Below, piece after piece: positions 1 through 9,051 of a stretch of DNA of 64,000 bases. Every line of letters begins with the position of its first letter. The stretch's first letter is position 1. The stretch is taken from the IMG/VR virus record IMGVR_UViG_3300025840_004398. One strand, written 5' to 3'. This DNA is from a virus. Taxonomy: Duplodnaviria; Caudoviricetes. A model generated the notes under the pieces. It ran no database searches. It was not told the DNA's origin and worked only from the letters and a program-made list of their open reading frames with translations. The translations under genes were made by a program, and so were the position numbers.

Positions 1-804
1 AAAGGTGTTGAATATGCTGGTGAATTAGGATTACAAAACTCACGAGATTTATTTAAAATATTAGAGTGGAATAACCACAACAACATCAAAGTATTTCGTT
101 TATCATCAGATATGTTCCCTTGGGCATCTGAATATGGTATCGAGAACTCACCATACTACAAACGAATAGAAACTGTATTACAAGCATGTGGTCACTATGC
201 AAAAACACATGGTATTCGTATCACTTGTCATCCTGGTCCTTTCAACGTATTAGTATCACCCAACGAACGAGTGGTACAAAACACAATTACTGATTTAGAA
301 ATTCATGGTAAGATATTTGATATGTTAGGCCTTTCTCGTACACCTTACAACAAAATCAACATTCATTGTAATGGTGTGTATGGTGATAAGATTTCTGCTA
401 TGGATAGGTTCTGTAAGAACTTTGAGAGATTATCAGAATCAGTTAAAACACGCCTAACAGTAGAAAACGATGATAAGGGTACAATGTACTCAGTAAAAGA
501 TTTAATGTACATACACGAACGTATAGGGATTCCTATTGTGTTTGATTATCACCACCACAAATTCTGTACAGGTGATTTATCAGAACAAGAAGCATTAGAA
601 CTTGCTTTATCTACTTGGCCTGATGGTATCAAACCAATCGTACATTATTCAGAATCAAAAGCGTTACATGAAGAAAACGATAAACTTAAACCACAAGCAC
701 ATTCAGATTATATCAACGAGTTACCTAACTTATATGGTAATGATGTGGATGTGATGGTAGAGGCTAAGGCGAAGGAGTTATCAATCCTTCCTTTTATTAA
801 TTAA
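1..804 (+). CDS. uvsE: UV-damage endonuclease UvsE/UvdE (5'-truncated by window edge)
   Basis: The frame is open from base 1 (KGVEYAGELGLQNSRDLFKILEWN...FRLSSDMFP). Family motifs: HPGPFNVL, NIHCNG, RLTVENDD, IPIVFDYHHH, HYSES, AHSDY, MVEAKAKE. Confidence 0.92.
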   Translation, partial: KGVEYAGELGLQNSRDLFKILEWNNHNNIKVFRLSSDMFPWASEYGIENSPYYKRIETVLQACGHYAKTHGIRITCHPGPFNVLVSPNERVVQNTITDLEIHGKIFDMLGLSRTPYNKINIHCNGVYGDKISAMDRFCKNFERLSESVKTRLTVENDDKGTMYSVKDLMYIHERIGIPIVFDYHHHKFCTGDLSEQEALELALSTWPDGIKPIVHYSESKALHEENDKLKPQAHSDYINELPNLYGNDVDVMVEAKAKELSILPFIN

Positions 805-816
805 AAATAGGAGATT

Positions 817-972
817 ATGATGAACAGAGTTTTAAGAATGTTTAAATCGAGTATTGCTCGTAGAAAACGTAGAGAATTAAAAGAACTTAAAGAAGAGTTA
901 CAAGAAAGAAAATATAAAAAAGCACGCAACCTTCGTAAAAAACATCAAAAGATAAAGGGTAAAAAAGAATGA
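817..972 (+). CDS. small very basic (K/R-rich) hypothetical protein, 51 aa
   Basis: Manual translation MMNRVLRMFKSSIARRKRRELKELKEELQERKYKKARNLRKKHQKIKGKKE. AGGAG lies just upstream, and the stop overlaps the next ATG (ATGA). Not in the ORF track. Confidence 0.65.
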   Translation: MMNRVLRMFKSSIARRKRRELKELKEELQERKYKKARNLRKKHQKIKGKKE

Positions 973-1109
973 CAGAAGATGATAAAAAATACAGACAAGG
1001 TAGAAGTAAAAGACAAGTAGAAGAAAATGAACGTATAATGTTCATATCTTCTATTTGTTTAGGAACTACCTTATTGGGAATTATAATTTTTGGTTTACTT
1101 AATGGGTAA
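969..1109 (+). CDS. small single-pass membrane protein, 46 aa
   Basis: Manual translation MTEDDKKYRQGRSKRQVEENERIMFISSICLGTTLLGIIIFGLLNG, with a hydrophobic C-terminal helix. Coupled to both neighbours by overlapping stop/start. Confidence 0.6.
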   Translation: MTEDDKKYRQGRSKRQVEENERIMFISSICLGTTLLGIIIFGLLNG

Positions 1110-1317
1110 TTTAAATGCAAGTGTACCTGTCGTAGTAGTACATAAAGGCCCTAGAAAAAACTCTAAAGTTCAATTAGAGATATTTAATAACATTAGACCT
1201 GATGATATCATCGATGGTAATAAACGAAAACCATACATTCCACACGAGAACGAAATACTCGAACTTGGGTGGGGTGAAACTTTTATAGAAAAATATAAAA
1301 AGAAGTATAAACTTTGA
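1102..1317 (+). CDS. hypothetical protein
   Basis: Track ORF 1090-1317; the in-frame ATG at 1102 (MGNLNASVPVV) overlaps the previous stop and is the likelier start. Confidence 0.6.
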   Translation: MGNLNASVPVVVVHKGPRKNSKVQLEIFNNIRPDDIIDGNKRKPYIPHENEILELGWGETFIEKYKKKYKL

Positions 1318-2696
1318 AGTTACGAGAAAATCAAATAGAACCAGTTGCAATTGGTGTGGAGTTTTTTAGAACTCCTAAAATGAAACCTTCGATTATCGTT
1401 GCCCCAACGGCATTCGGTAAATCGATTGTTATCGCTGCCATTGCAAAGGAACTAGGTGAGAAACTTCTCGTACTCCAACCATCTAAAGAACTGTTAGAAC
1501 AGAACTATAATAAATTTGTTACACTTGGTGGTGAGGCATCAATATACTCAGCATCAATGGGTAGTAAAGAATTAGGTGATGTAACTTATGCAACGATTGG
1601 TTCAATAATCAACATTGCACATCAGTTCAAAGAGATGGGGGTCAGTAAAATCATCATAGATGAGTGTGATAGGTATCCGAGAGATAAATCGGGACAACTC
1701 CGTAGATTCGTAGACGGTATGAAAGCAACTCATGTACTTGGTTTAACTGCAACCCCCTTAAAATTGCAAACCAACATGGGAGATACAGGCCCATTTTCAA
1801 AGTTGGTAATGTTAACGAATCGTTCTAAACATGGAGTGTTCTTTAAATACATTCTTCATGTTTCTCAGATTCAAGACATTGTAAAGTTAGGTTATTGGAC
1901 ACCGTTAGAGTATCAATCTTATGATTTCGATACTGGTGCTTTAGTTTATAATTCTTCTGGTGCTGAATATACTTCTGATTCTATTGCTCGTTCTTATGAA
2001 AACCAAAACATTGGTAATAAGATTGTAAAGAAGATTGAAGAAGTATATGATAGAAAATCTATTTTAGTTGCAGTACCAACAATAGAACAAGCAACAGAAC
2101 TTGCAAAAAAGATTCCACAAGCAGCAGTAGTTCATGGTGGTACACCAAAGACAGAACGAGATAGAATAATCGAAGAATTTAGAAACCAACAGATACGAGT
2201 TATTGTACAAGTAAATGTGTTAACAGTTGGTTTCGATTACCCTGAATTAGATTGTTTGATTACAGGTAGACCAACCGCATCAATTTCTTGGTGGTATCAA
2301 TTCGTTGGTAGAGGGACTCGTATCCACCCAAATAAAAAAGATTGTTTAGTTGTTGATTTTGTGGGTTCAGTAGAAAAGTTTGGTAAGGTTGAAGAACTAT
2401 ACTATAAAGATACTGGTGGTGAAGAATGGGAATTATTTGGTGAGGGTAAAAAACAAATCACAGGTATCCCAATGCACGAAATCGGAGTACACTTGGAAGG
2501 AGGTATTAATCTTGCAGAAAAAACCAACGAAGATGGTGATATAGAAAAAGTTTATATGACCTTTGGTAAATATAAAGGTAAACCAGTTGCATCAATACCA
2601 CCTTATTACAGAAAGTGGTTAATTGATAATATTACTTGGGGTCCTTGGAACATAAAAGTAAAAGAAGAAATAGAAAGGTTGGCAAATATAAAATGA
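1314..2696 (+). CDS. superfamily-2 DNA helicase (UvsW/RadD-like) with C-terminal FGKYKG module
   Basis: Walker A APTAFGKS, IIDECD, GLTATP, VLTVGFDYP, QFVGRGTR; C-terminal MTFGKYKGKPVASIPPYYRKWL (DUF3820-like). TTG start. Confidence 0.9.
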   Translation: MKLRENQIEPVAIGVEFFRTPKMKPSIIVAPTAFGKSIVIAAIAKELGEKLLVLQPSKELLEQNYNKFVTLGGEASIYSASMGSKELGDVTYATIGSIINIAHQFKEMGVSKIIIDECDRYPRDKSGQLRRFVDGMKATHVLGLTATPLKLQTNMGDTGPFSKLVMLTNRSKHGVFFKYILHVSQIQDIVKLGYWTPLEYQSYDFDTGALVYNSSGAEYTSDSIARSYENQNIGNKIVKKIEEVYDRKSILVAVPTIEQATELAKKIPQAAVVHGGTPKTERDRIIEEFRNQQIRVIVQVNVLTVGFDYPELDCLITGRPTASISWWYQFVGRGTRIHPNKKDCLVVDFVGSVEKFGKVEELYYKDTGGEEWELFGEGKKQITGIPMHEIGVHLEGGINLAEKTNEDGDIEKVYMTFGKYKGKPVASIPPYYRKWLIDNITWGPWNIKVKEEIERLANIK

Positions 2697-3958
2697 GTTT
2701 AGATAAATCAAAATTAAATAAAGATACTTTTTGTATGGCTCCTTGGATAGAGGCTCATTTTAGTGTACAAAAAAATATACTTCCTTGTTGTATATACAAT
2801 ATGGATTATTCTTTTGGTAATCTGAATAATTCGGATGATGTAGTTGAGATATACAACAGTGATATAGCTAAAGAAGTTAGAAAAAGTTTATTTAATGGAA
2901 TAAAACACGAGGCTTGTAAATCATGTTGGTTATCTGAAGAAATTTCAACAAATGATAGTTACAGAATAAACCACAATAAAATGTATAAAAGATTTATAAA
3001 TGAATCTTTAGAAAATACAAACGAAGATTTTTCTTTAAAAAAAGTAACACTTAGACGATTGGATATTAGATTTGATAATAAGTGTAATTTAAAATGTAGA
3101 ATATGTACTGCTGAATATTCTACTTCTTGGTATTCTGATAATAAAGAAATTCAGAAAAGAACTAAACATTTAGGACATATCGATTTGTCAGGAAATATTT
3201 ATAAACAAACTGTAAGTGAAAATGTTTATTCTTTTATATTATCACAACTTACAAATGTAGATGAAATATTTTTTGCAGGAGGAGAACCACTTATACAAGA
3301 TAAACACTACGAAATTTTAAATAAATTAATAGATTTAGGAATTTCTAAAAATGTAGCGATAACATATAATACCAATTTTACTAAATTAAAATATAGAGAT
3401 TATGATGTATTGGATATATGGAAAAACTTCAGAGTAGTTAATGTATGTGCTAGCTTAGATGACTCTCATGAAAGGGGAGAATTTCAACGTAAAAATATGG
3501 TTTGGGAAGATGTAATAAATAATGTAAAGTTATTAAAAGAAAAAGGAACACCAAATATATCCTTTTCAATAATACCCACACTATCATCTCTTAATGTTTA
3601 TAATTTACCAAATTTCCACAAAGAATGGATAGAATTGGGATATATAACTTATAATGATTTTTTTGTAAATATACTATGGGGACCTGATTGGTATGATGTG
3701 AAAAACTTACCAAATAAAAATAAAAAAGAGGTGATTAAAATATATCAAGATTATATAAATTATTTACAAGAAATAGAAAATTCAGAAGTTAGTGTAGAAG
3801 AATTTAAAAAATGTATATCGTATATTAAAAAAGAAGGACATACAGAAAAAATGGAAGCTTTTGAAAATTTCAACAAAACACTTGATGAATTAAGAAATGA
3901 AAATTTATTAAAAGTACTTCCTGAGTATAAAAACCTATATATAAAAAATGTCATTTAG
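2693..3958 (+). CDS. radical SAM protein with N-terminal twitch/SPASM-like module
   Basis: N-terminal FCMAPW...PCC...CKSCW, then CNLKCRIC (CxxxCxxC) and FAGGEPL. ATG 2693 overlaps the helicase stop. Confidence 0.88.
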   Translation: MSLDKSKLNKDTFCMAPWIEAHFSVQKNILPCCIYNMDYSFGNLNNSDDVVEIYNSDIAKEVRKSLFNGIKHEACKSCWLSEEISTNDSYRINHNKMYKRFINESLENTNEDFSLKKVTLRRLDIRFDNKCNLKCRICTAEYSTSWYSDNKEIQKRTKHLGHIDLSGNIYKQTVSENVYSFILSQLTNVDEIFFAGGEPLIQDKHYEILNKLIDLGISKNVAITYNTNFTKLKYRDYDVLDIWKNFRVVNVCASLDDSHERGEFQRKNMVWEDVINNVKLLKEKGTPNISFSIIPTLSSLNVYNLPNFHKEWIELGYITYNDFFVNILWGPDWYDVKNLPNKNKKEVIKIYQDYINYLQEIENSEVSVEEFKKCISYIKKEGHTEKMEAFENFNKTLDELRNENLLKVLPEYKNLYIKNVI

Positions 3959-5156
3959 AGAAAAATCAAGATTCTTAACAAAAGAGGCCGAATTTAAAAG
4001 AAATAAACAAAAAACCTTACTTCATTTTGAATTGTCAAATAAATGCAATTCTCAATGTCCTGGATGTCCGCGATACTTTTTAAATACACCAGTTATAAAT
4101 CCGGCTTTAACATTGTCTGAAGTAAAATATGAAGATTTTGTAAAATGGATTCCTGAATATATATTACAAACAGCTTCTAAAATAAACATATGTGGTGGTC
4201 ATGGAGACCCAATATTATGTACAGATTTAATTAAAATACTTGAGTACATAAAAATAAATTTAGGACAATCTGGGTTTGTTGAGATAAGAACAAACGGTGG
4301 AACACGAAGTGAGAAATTTTGGAAAACACTTGCAGAAATATCTAATAACAGAATTGTATTAATTTTTAGTGTAGATGGTTTAGAAGATACAAATCACAAG
4401 TATAGAAGAAATGTAAAGTGGAATGTTCTTGAAAAGAACATAAAAACCTTTACCGAAAATGGAGGTATTGGGTTTCAAGAATGTTTACTTTTTAAACACA
4501 ATGAACACCAAAAAGATGAAATAAAAAAATGGAATTCTGAAATTGGACTAAAGGAAGTTACATTTAAAAGACCAATCGGTTTTGATAACTATGTGGACAA
4601 AAAGTCAAAACCCATGCCAGTTTACGACAATTGGGGGGATATAGATTACTTAATTGAGCCTGCTAATGAATATATACCCGATGGTTTTGTTTATGATAAA
4701 AATGATTTTGAAAGAAATTTACCCTTTATAGACAAAGCTAAAAAATCGTGCGATTTTAATCCAGATGAAATTAATTATGATAATTATTTACACTTTAATG
4801 ATGTAGAAATTAAATGTAAATCCATCACAGATAATAGTGTTGAGTATTATATGAACACACATGGAACTCTATATCCTTGTTGTTATATTCCCACTCATGA
4901 AAATATAAAAGTACCAATTGATGAAATAAAACAAATTAGAAAAATATTGGATAATTCCAATAATCAATATAATTTAAATTATAACTCCTTTGAAAATATA
5001 ATTGATTTGTTTGATAATAATTTAGTTCCAACTTGGGACAAAAAAGTTGAAGATGGAAAGTGCTTATATTGCTCAAGACAGTGTGGAGTTGATAAATCTA
5101 TACAAGACCTATTTGTAGATGGTCCTCCTGATTATTTATTGAAATCAATAATATGA
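3948..5156 (+). CDS. radical SAM protein with C-terminal twitch/SPASM-like module
   Basis: ELSNKCNSQCPGC, CGGHGDP, RTNGG, FSVDGLEDTN; C-terminal KCK...LYPCCY...CLYCSRQC. Confidence 0.88.
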   Translation: MSFREKSRFLTKEAEFKRNKQKTLLHFELSNKCNSQCPGCPRYFLNTPVINPALTLSEVKYEDFVKWIPEYILQTASKINICGGHGDPILCTDLIKILEYIKINLGQSGFVEIRTNGGTRSEKFWKTLAEISNNRIVLIFSVDGLEDTNHKYRRNVKWNVLEKNIKTFTENGGIGFQECLLFKHNEHQKDEIKKWNSEIGLKEVTFKRPIGFDNYVDKKSKPMPVYDNWGDIDYLIEPANEYIPDGFVYDKNDFERNLPFIDKAKKSCDFNPDEINYDNYLHFNDVEIKCKSITDNSVEYYMNTHGTLYPCCYIPTHENIKVPIDEIKQIRKILDNSNNQYNLNYNSFENIIDLFDNNLVPTWDKKVEDGKCLYCSRQCGVDKSIQDLFVDGPPDYLLKSII

Positions 5157-5830
5157 AAAATATATGGTTTTTTGGAGATAGTTTTACAGATGGAACTCAA
5201 TGTAATCCTGGTGATGAATACTATGAAACTTATGCTGAATTGGTTAGTGAAAAATGGACAACTATCGTTTCACGAGAAATGGAAGGTATTGAAAAATTAA
5301 AATCACTACCAGCATGTTCAGTACATTACATTTTAAAAGAGTTAATACTAAATTTAAGTAAATTTAAAAAAGATGATATAGTAATTTTATCTGGTACTAT
5401 AATTGAAAGATTGGATACCTATGCCAATTGGCATAAAAATGAAAAAGAACTTTCAAAAGATATTAGGAATAAAATAATATCTAAACCAATTATGTATGAA
5501 TTATTAGAAGAAAAAAAATACTCTGATATTATTTCATTAAAACGTAGAGTAAATTTATTAGAATATATGGAGCACAATATATTCCCATATGTACAATATA
5601 TAAAAAAAGACTTTGAAGAACAGATATATTCTATAAAACATGAATTAATAAAAAGAGGAGTTGATTTTTTTTATTGGGAACATTCTGATGTATATAAATT
5701 CGAATCAATAGAAAAAGAAACAAATGGTAAAATCAAAGATGGTCATTTCAGTTGGAAAGGCCACAAAGATTTTGCAAAATATTTTTTAACAGAATATGTT
5801 AAATTACCCAAATATATAAATTTAATATAA
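5153..5830 (+). CDS. SGNH/GDSL-like hydrolase or acyltransferase
   Basis: N-terminal WFFGDSFT block; C-terminal DGHFSWKGH. Confidence 0.6.
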   Translation: MKNIWFFGDSFTDGTQCNPGDEYYETYAELVSEKWTTIVSREMEGIEKLKSLPACSVHYILKELILNLSKFKKDDIVILSGTIIERLDTYANWHKNEKELSKDIRNKIISKPIMYELLEEKKYSDIISLKRRVNLLEYMEHNIFPYVQYIKKDFEEQIYSIKHELIKRGVDFFYWEHSDVYKFESIEKETNGKIKDGHFSWKGHKDFAKYFLTEYVKLPKYINLI

Positions 5831-5837
5831 TTTAATT

Positions 5838-6005
5838 ATGCAAAGTTTAAAACTATATGAGTTGAAAATAGAACAACTCGAAAAAGAAAATAAAGACCTT
5901 AAACAACAACTTGAAAAACAAGAGTTAATAAAAGAAGGTTATAAAGAAGAAATTTCTAAGTGGAATAAAAAATATAAAGATTTAAAAAATCAAATGATAA
6001 AATGA
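5838..6005 (+). CDS. small coiled-coil hypothetical protein, 55 aa
   Basis: Manual translation MQSLKLYELKIEQLEKENKDLKQQLEKQELIKEGYKEEISKWNKKYKDLKNQMIK; stop overlaps the next ATG. Confidence 0.55.
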   Translation: MQSLKLYELKIEQLEKENKDLKQQLEKQELIKEGYKEEISKWNKKYKDLKNQMIK

Positions 6006-6130
6006 CACCACACGATATAAAACAAATTCAAAGAGAATTATCATTACTTAAAATGAAAGAAGTAATTACGATAAACGATAAATACAGAATACAAAAATTA
6101 CAACAATTATTAGACGAAAATTATGATTAG
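6002..6130 (+). CDS. small hypothetical protein, 42 aa
   Basis: Manual translation MTPHDIKQIQRELSLLKMKEVITINDKYRIQKLQQLLDENYD; overlaps the metK start. Confidence 0.5.
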   Translation: MTPHDIKQIQRELSLLKMKEVITINDKYRIQKLQQLLDENYD

Positions 6131-7085
6131 AACAGCAGAATGTGTATCACCGATGCACCCAGATAAGATGTGTGATAGAATATCAGACACTCTTTTAGAT
6201 TTATATTTAGAACAAGACCCTAACTCACGAGTAGCAATTGAAACTTGTGGTGGTATGGGTGAAGTTTATATAACAGGAGAAGTTACTTCAAATGCAAATG
6301 TATCTGAAGAAAAAATTACCGAAGTAGTTAAAGAAATTGTGAAGGATGATGTTATCGTTCTTATAAACCTTAACTCACAATCACCAGAGATTGCAAATGG
6401 AGTTGATACTGGTGGTGCAGGAGACCAAGGAATTATGACTGGTTATGCTTGTAGAGAAAACGAACAACTACTACCACAAGAATATTTCCTTGCAAGAGAA
6501 CTCAACAAATTCATTTTTGAGAAGTTTCCTTTTGATGGTAAAACTCAAATCACTTTAGATAGAAATAGAATCAGAGCAGTTGCCTCTTTTCAGAAAGCAC
6601 CCACTACTGAACTATACACTTTGGTAACCGATTTCTTCAAAGAATACCCACAATACACTTTACAAGAAATCCATTGTAATCCTGCGGGTGATTGGAACAT
6701 TGGAGGATTTACTGCGGATGCAGGATTAACTGGTAGAAAACTTGCAGTAGATAATTATGGTCCTCGTATCCCAATCGGTGGAGGTGCGTTTAGTGGTAAA
6801 GACTCAACCAAAGTTGATAGAAGTGCTGCCTACATGGCTCGTAGAGTTGCAGTAGATATCTTAGAACAAAATCAAGAAGCACAAGAAGTATTCATTCAAC
6901 TCGCTTATGCAATTGGATATGACCAACCACTTCAGGCAACTGCAGTAATCGATGGAGTAGAAACTCCAATCGAAGGATATGATTTATCACCAAAAGGAAT
7001 TATCGAATTTTTAGATTTAAGAAAACCAATCTTTGCAGAAACCGCAAAGTTTGGACATATGGGTGCAGGATTTTCTTGGAAATAA
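6123..7085 (+). CDS. metK: S-adenosylmethionine synthetase (compact, 320 aa)
   Basis: ECVSPMHPDKMCDRISD, GAGDQGIMTGYA, ADAGLTGRKLAVDNYG, GGGAFSGKDSTKVDRSAAYMAR. Confidence 0.96.
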   Translation: MIRTAECVSPMHPDKMCDRISDTLLDLYLEQDPNSRVAIETCGGMGEVYITGEVTSNANVSEEKITEVVKEIVKDDVIVLINLNSQSPEIANGVDTGGAGDQGIMTGYACRENEQLLPQEYFLARELNKFIFEKFPFDGKTQITLDRNRIRAVASFQKAPTTELYTLVTDFFKEYPQYTLQEIHCNPAGDWNIGGFTADAGLTGRKLAVDNYGPRIPIGGGAFSGKDSTKVDRSAAYMARRVAVDILEQNQEAQEVFIQLAYAIGYDQPLQATAVIDGVETPIEGYDLSPKGIIEFLDLRKPIFAETAKFGHMGAGFSWK

Positions 7086-7086
7086 A

Positions 7087-7118
7087 TTTGGAAATATAAA
7101 AAATTATTCGTATCTTTG
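7087..7118 (+). promoter_or_regulatory. Bacteroidota housekeeping-sigma promoter (-33 TTTG / -7 TAnnTTTG)
   Basis: TTTG 7087-7090, 20-nt spacer, TATCTTTG 7111-7118, 19 nt before ATG 7138. Confidence 0.85.
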
Positions 7119-7137
7119 TATAACAAAACTATAATAA

Positions 7138-7608
7138 ATGAAAAAGTATAAAGTTATTTTAATTAGTGGAGGATTTGACCCTGTTCATAGAGGACACATC
7201 GAATGTATTAATAATGCCAAAGAACTTGCTGATGAAGTTTGGATTGGTCTTAATAACGATAGATGGTTACAACAGAAAAAAGGTAAAGCATTTATGAACG
7301 AAAAAGAAAGACATTTTATAATGAGTAATCTTAAAAATGTTGATTGGGTTTATATAATGAATCCCAAAGACTACGAAGATAAAACTGCAATTGATTTCAT
7401 AGAACAAGCTAGATTAAAATATATCAAAGAAAATGGTGAATTACCAAAAGGTGTAATGGCATTTGGTAATGGTGGTGATAGAACAGAAACTACAACACCA
7501 GAAAATGATACTTGTAATGGATTTGGAATTGATTCAGTATGGGGATTGGGAGAAAAAGTACAATCTTCATCTTGGTTATTAGAAAAGTATTTAAATATTG
7601 CAGAATAA
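7138..7608 (+). CDS. cytidylyltransferase-like (HIGH-family nucleotidyltransferase)
   Basis: ISGGFDPVHRGH, GLNNDRWL..KKG, FGNGGDRT, EKVQSSSWLL. Confidence 0.88.
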   Translation: MKKYKVILISGGFDPVHRGHIECINNAKELADEVWIGLNNDRWLQQKKGKAFMNEKERHFIMSNLKNVDWVYIMNPKDYEDKTAIDFIEQARLKYIKENGELPKGVMAFGNGGDRTETTTPENDTCNGFGIDSVWGLGEKVQSSSWLLEKYLNIAE

Positions 7609-7847
7609 TGAATATAGAACAATTAGTAAAAGATTATCCCAACGATATGGAGTTGGGTGGGAAGATTAGAGAACTCTATTGGAAAGGTAGAGAGAACTTT
7701 GATACTCTAAAAGAAAAAATGAAAGATGCAAAAATCTTTGAATCACCAGATGGAGGTAAAACTGTTTATGTTCGTGGGTGGGGTGAAGATGTTTCTTCAA
7801 GAAAAAAAGTTACAACACAATTAAATTTATTCGATGAGGCTAATTAA
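7608..7847 (+). CDS. hypothetical protein
   Basis: Start MNIEQLVKDYPNDMELG at 7608 overlaps the previous TAA; contains FESPDGGKTVY. Confidence 0.7.
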   Translation: MNIEQLVKDYPNDMELGGKIRELYWKGRENFDTLKEKMKDAKIFESPDGGKTVYVRGWGEDVSSRKKVTTQLNLFDEAN

Positions 7848-8448
7848 AGACCCAAATAAGTTGAGAAAACCATTGGAACCAAAACCAATGACTCAAGAAC
7901 AGATTGATGAAATATCAACAACTCTATTAACAGAACTTACAAAACATGGTGGTATAGGATTATCTGCAAACCAAATAGGTTTAGATGTTCGTGCCTGTGT
8001 AATCAATGTAAAAGAACCTTTGGTACTAATAAACCCAATCGTTACAGAAGTATCAAAAGATACCGTTGCATATGTAGAACAATGTTTATCATTAGATAAA
8101 ACAATGAAGAAACCTGTCAAGACTGTAAGACATAAATCATTTACAGTTGAGTGTGATAATTTAGGAACTGTTATCTTTTCACCAGACCAAAAAGAACCTT
8201 GGAAGGATTCTAATGAATTCTTTTCAGATGAGGGGTTATTAGAGTGTGTTTGTGCACAACACGAACTAGACCACCTTAATGGGGTTCTAATCACCGATAA
8301 AATCAGAAGATATACAACAACAGTTGTATCAACTAAAAAGTATGGTAGAAACGATAGAGTAATGGTAAAACTTGCTAATGGAGATACTGAATTTATGAAG
8401 TATAAAAAGGCACAACCTTTACTTTCACAAGGAGCAGAAATCCTCTAA
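7834..8448 (+). CDS. def: peptide deformylase
   Basis: Motif 1 GIGLSANQIG, motif 2 EQCLS, motif 3 QHELDHLNG. Confidence 0.92.
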   Translation: MRLIKDPNKLRKPLEPKPMTQEQIDEISTTLLTELTKHGGIGLSANQIGLDVRACVINVKEPLVLINPIVTEVSKDTVAYVEQCLSLDKTMKKPVKTVRHKSFTVECDNLGTVIFSPDQKEPWKDSNEFFSDEGLLECVCAQHELDHLNGVLITDKIRRYTTTVVSTKKYGRNDRVMVKLANGDTEFMKYKKAQPLLSQGAEIL

Positions 8449-8461
8449 AAAATTTGTAAAA

Positions 8462-8725
8462 ATGGGAAAACTTATATTTAGATATACAGATGAACTCGTA
8501 GAAGATATACGAGAAGCAAAAGAAATTGAACTCACCGTACCAGATGATATGGATATCAATGAGTTTAAAGTTATGTGTGTAAGAATGGCATCTGCTATGG
8601 GATATCAAGAAAAATCTATCCAAAAATCATTTGGAGATTTGGTTTTCGGTGATGAAGATGTAAACACATTAAAGGAATTATTAGATGAACTTAACATCAA
8701 AAGAAACAATCAAGAATTTGAATGA
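8462..8725 (+). CDS. hypothetical protein
   Basis: ORF in the operon with genome-typical codon usage. Confidence 0.65.
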   Translation: MGKLIFRYTDELVEDIREAKEIELTVPDDMDINEFKVMCVRMASAMGYQEKSIQKSFGDLVFGDEDVNTLKELLDELNIKRNNQEFE

Positions 8726-8975
8726 ACGCCTATTTACTCAATCAGCAGTTATTGAAACCCTCTGTGAATTGTTGATTAGTAAAGAAGTGGTTACACATGA
8801 TGAGTTAGAAAATCTCATTTACAATAATATAGAAACTCGAAAAGACGAGTTAAAAGAACTAACAAAAAAACTCAAACCAACTAAGATACAAATCTCAGTT
8901 GAAGATGAGTTTAATAATGCATTTGATGAGGGTCTAATGGAGGGAATGTACTTCGGTCCAATTGGTGAATGTTAA
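8685..8975 (+). CDS. hypothetical acidic protein
   Basis: ORF overlaps the previous gene by 41 nt; ends MYFGPIGEC. Confidence 0.65.
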   Translation: MNLTSKETIKNLNERLFTQSAVIETLCELLISKEVVTHDELENLIYNNIETRKDELKELTKKLKPTKIQISVEDEFNNAFDEGLMEGMYFGPIGEC

Positions 8976-8991
8976 GATAACTTAATATTTA

Positions 8992-9023
8992 TTTGGATAT
9001 ATAAGATATTTTTCGTATCTTTG
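8992..9023 (+). promoter_or_regulatory. Bacteroidota housekeeping-sigma promoter
   Basis: TTTG 8992-8995, 20-nt spacer, TATCTTTG 9016-9023, upstream of ATG 9052. Confidence 0.85.
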
Positions 9024-9051
9024 TAAAAGTATTATCCCAAAAGGAGAAACT

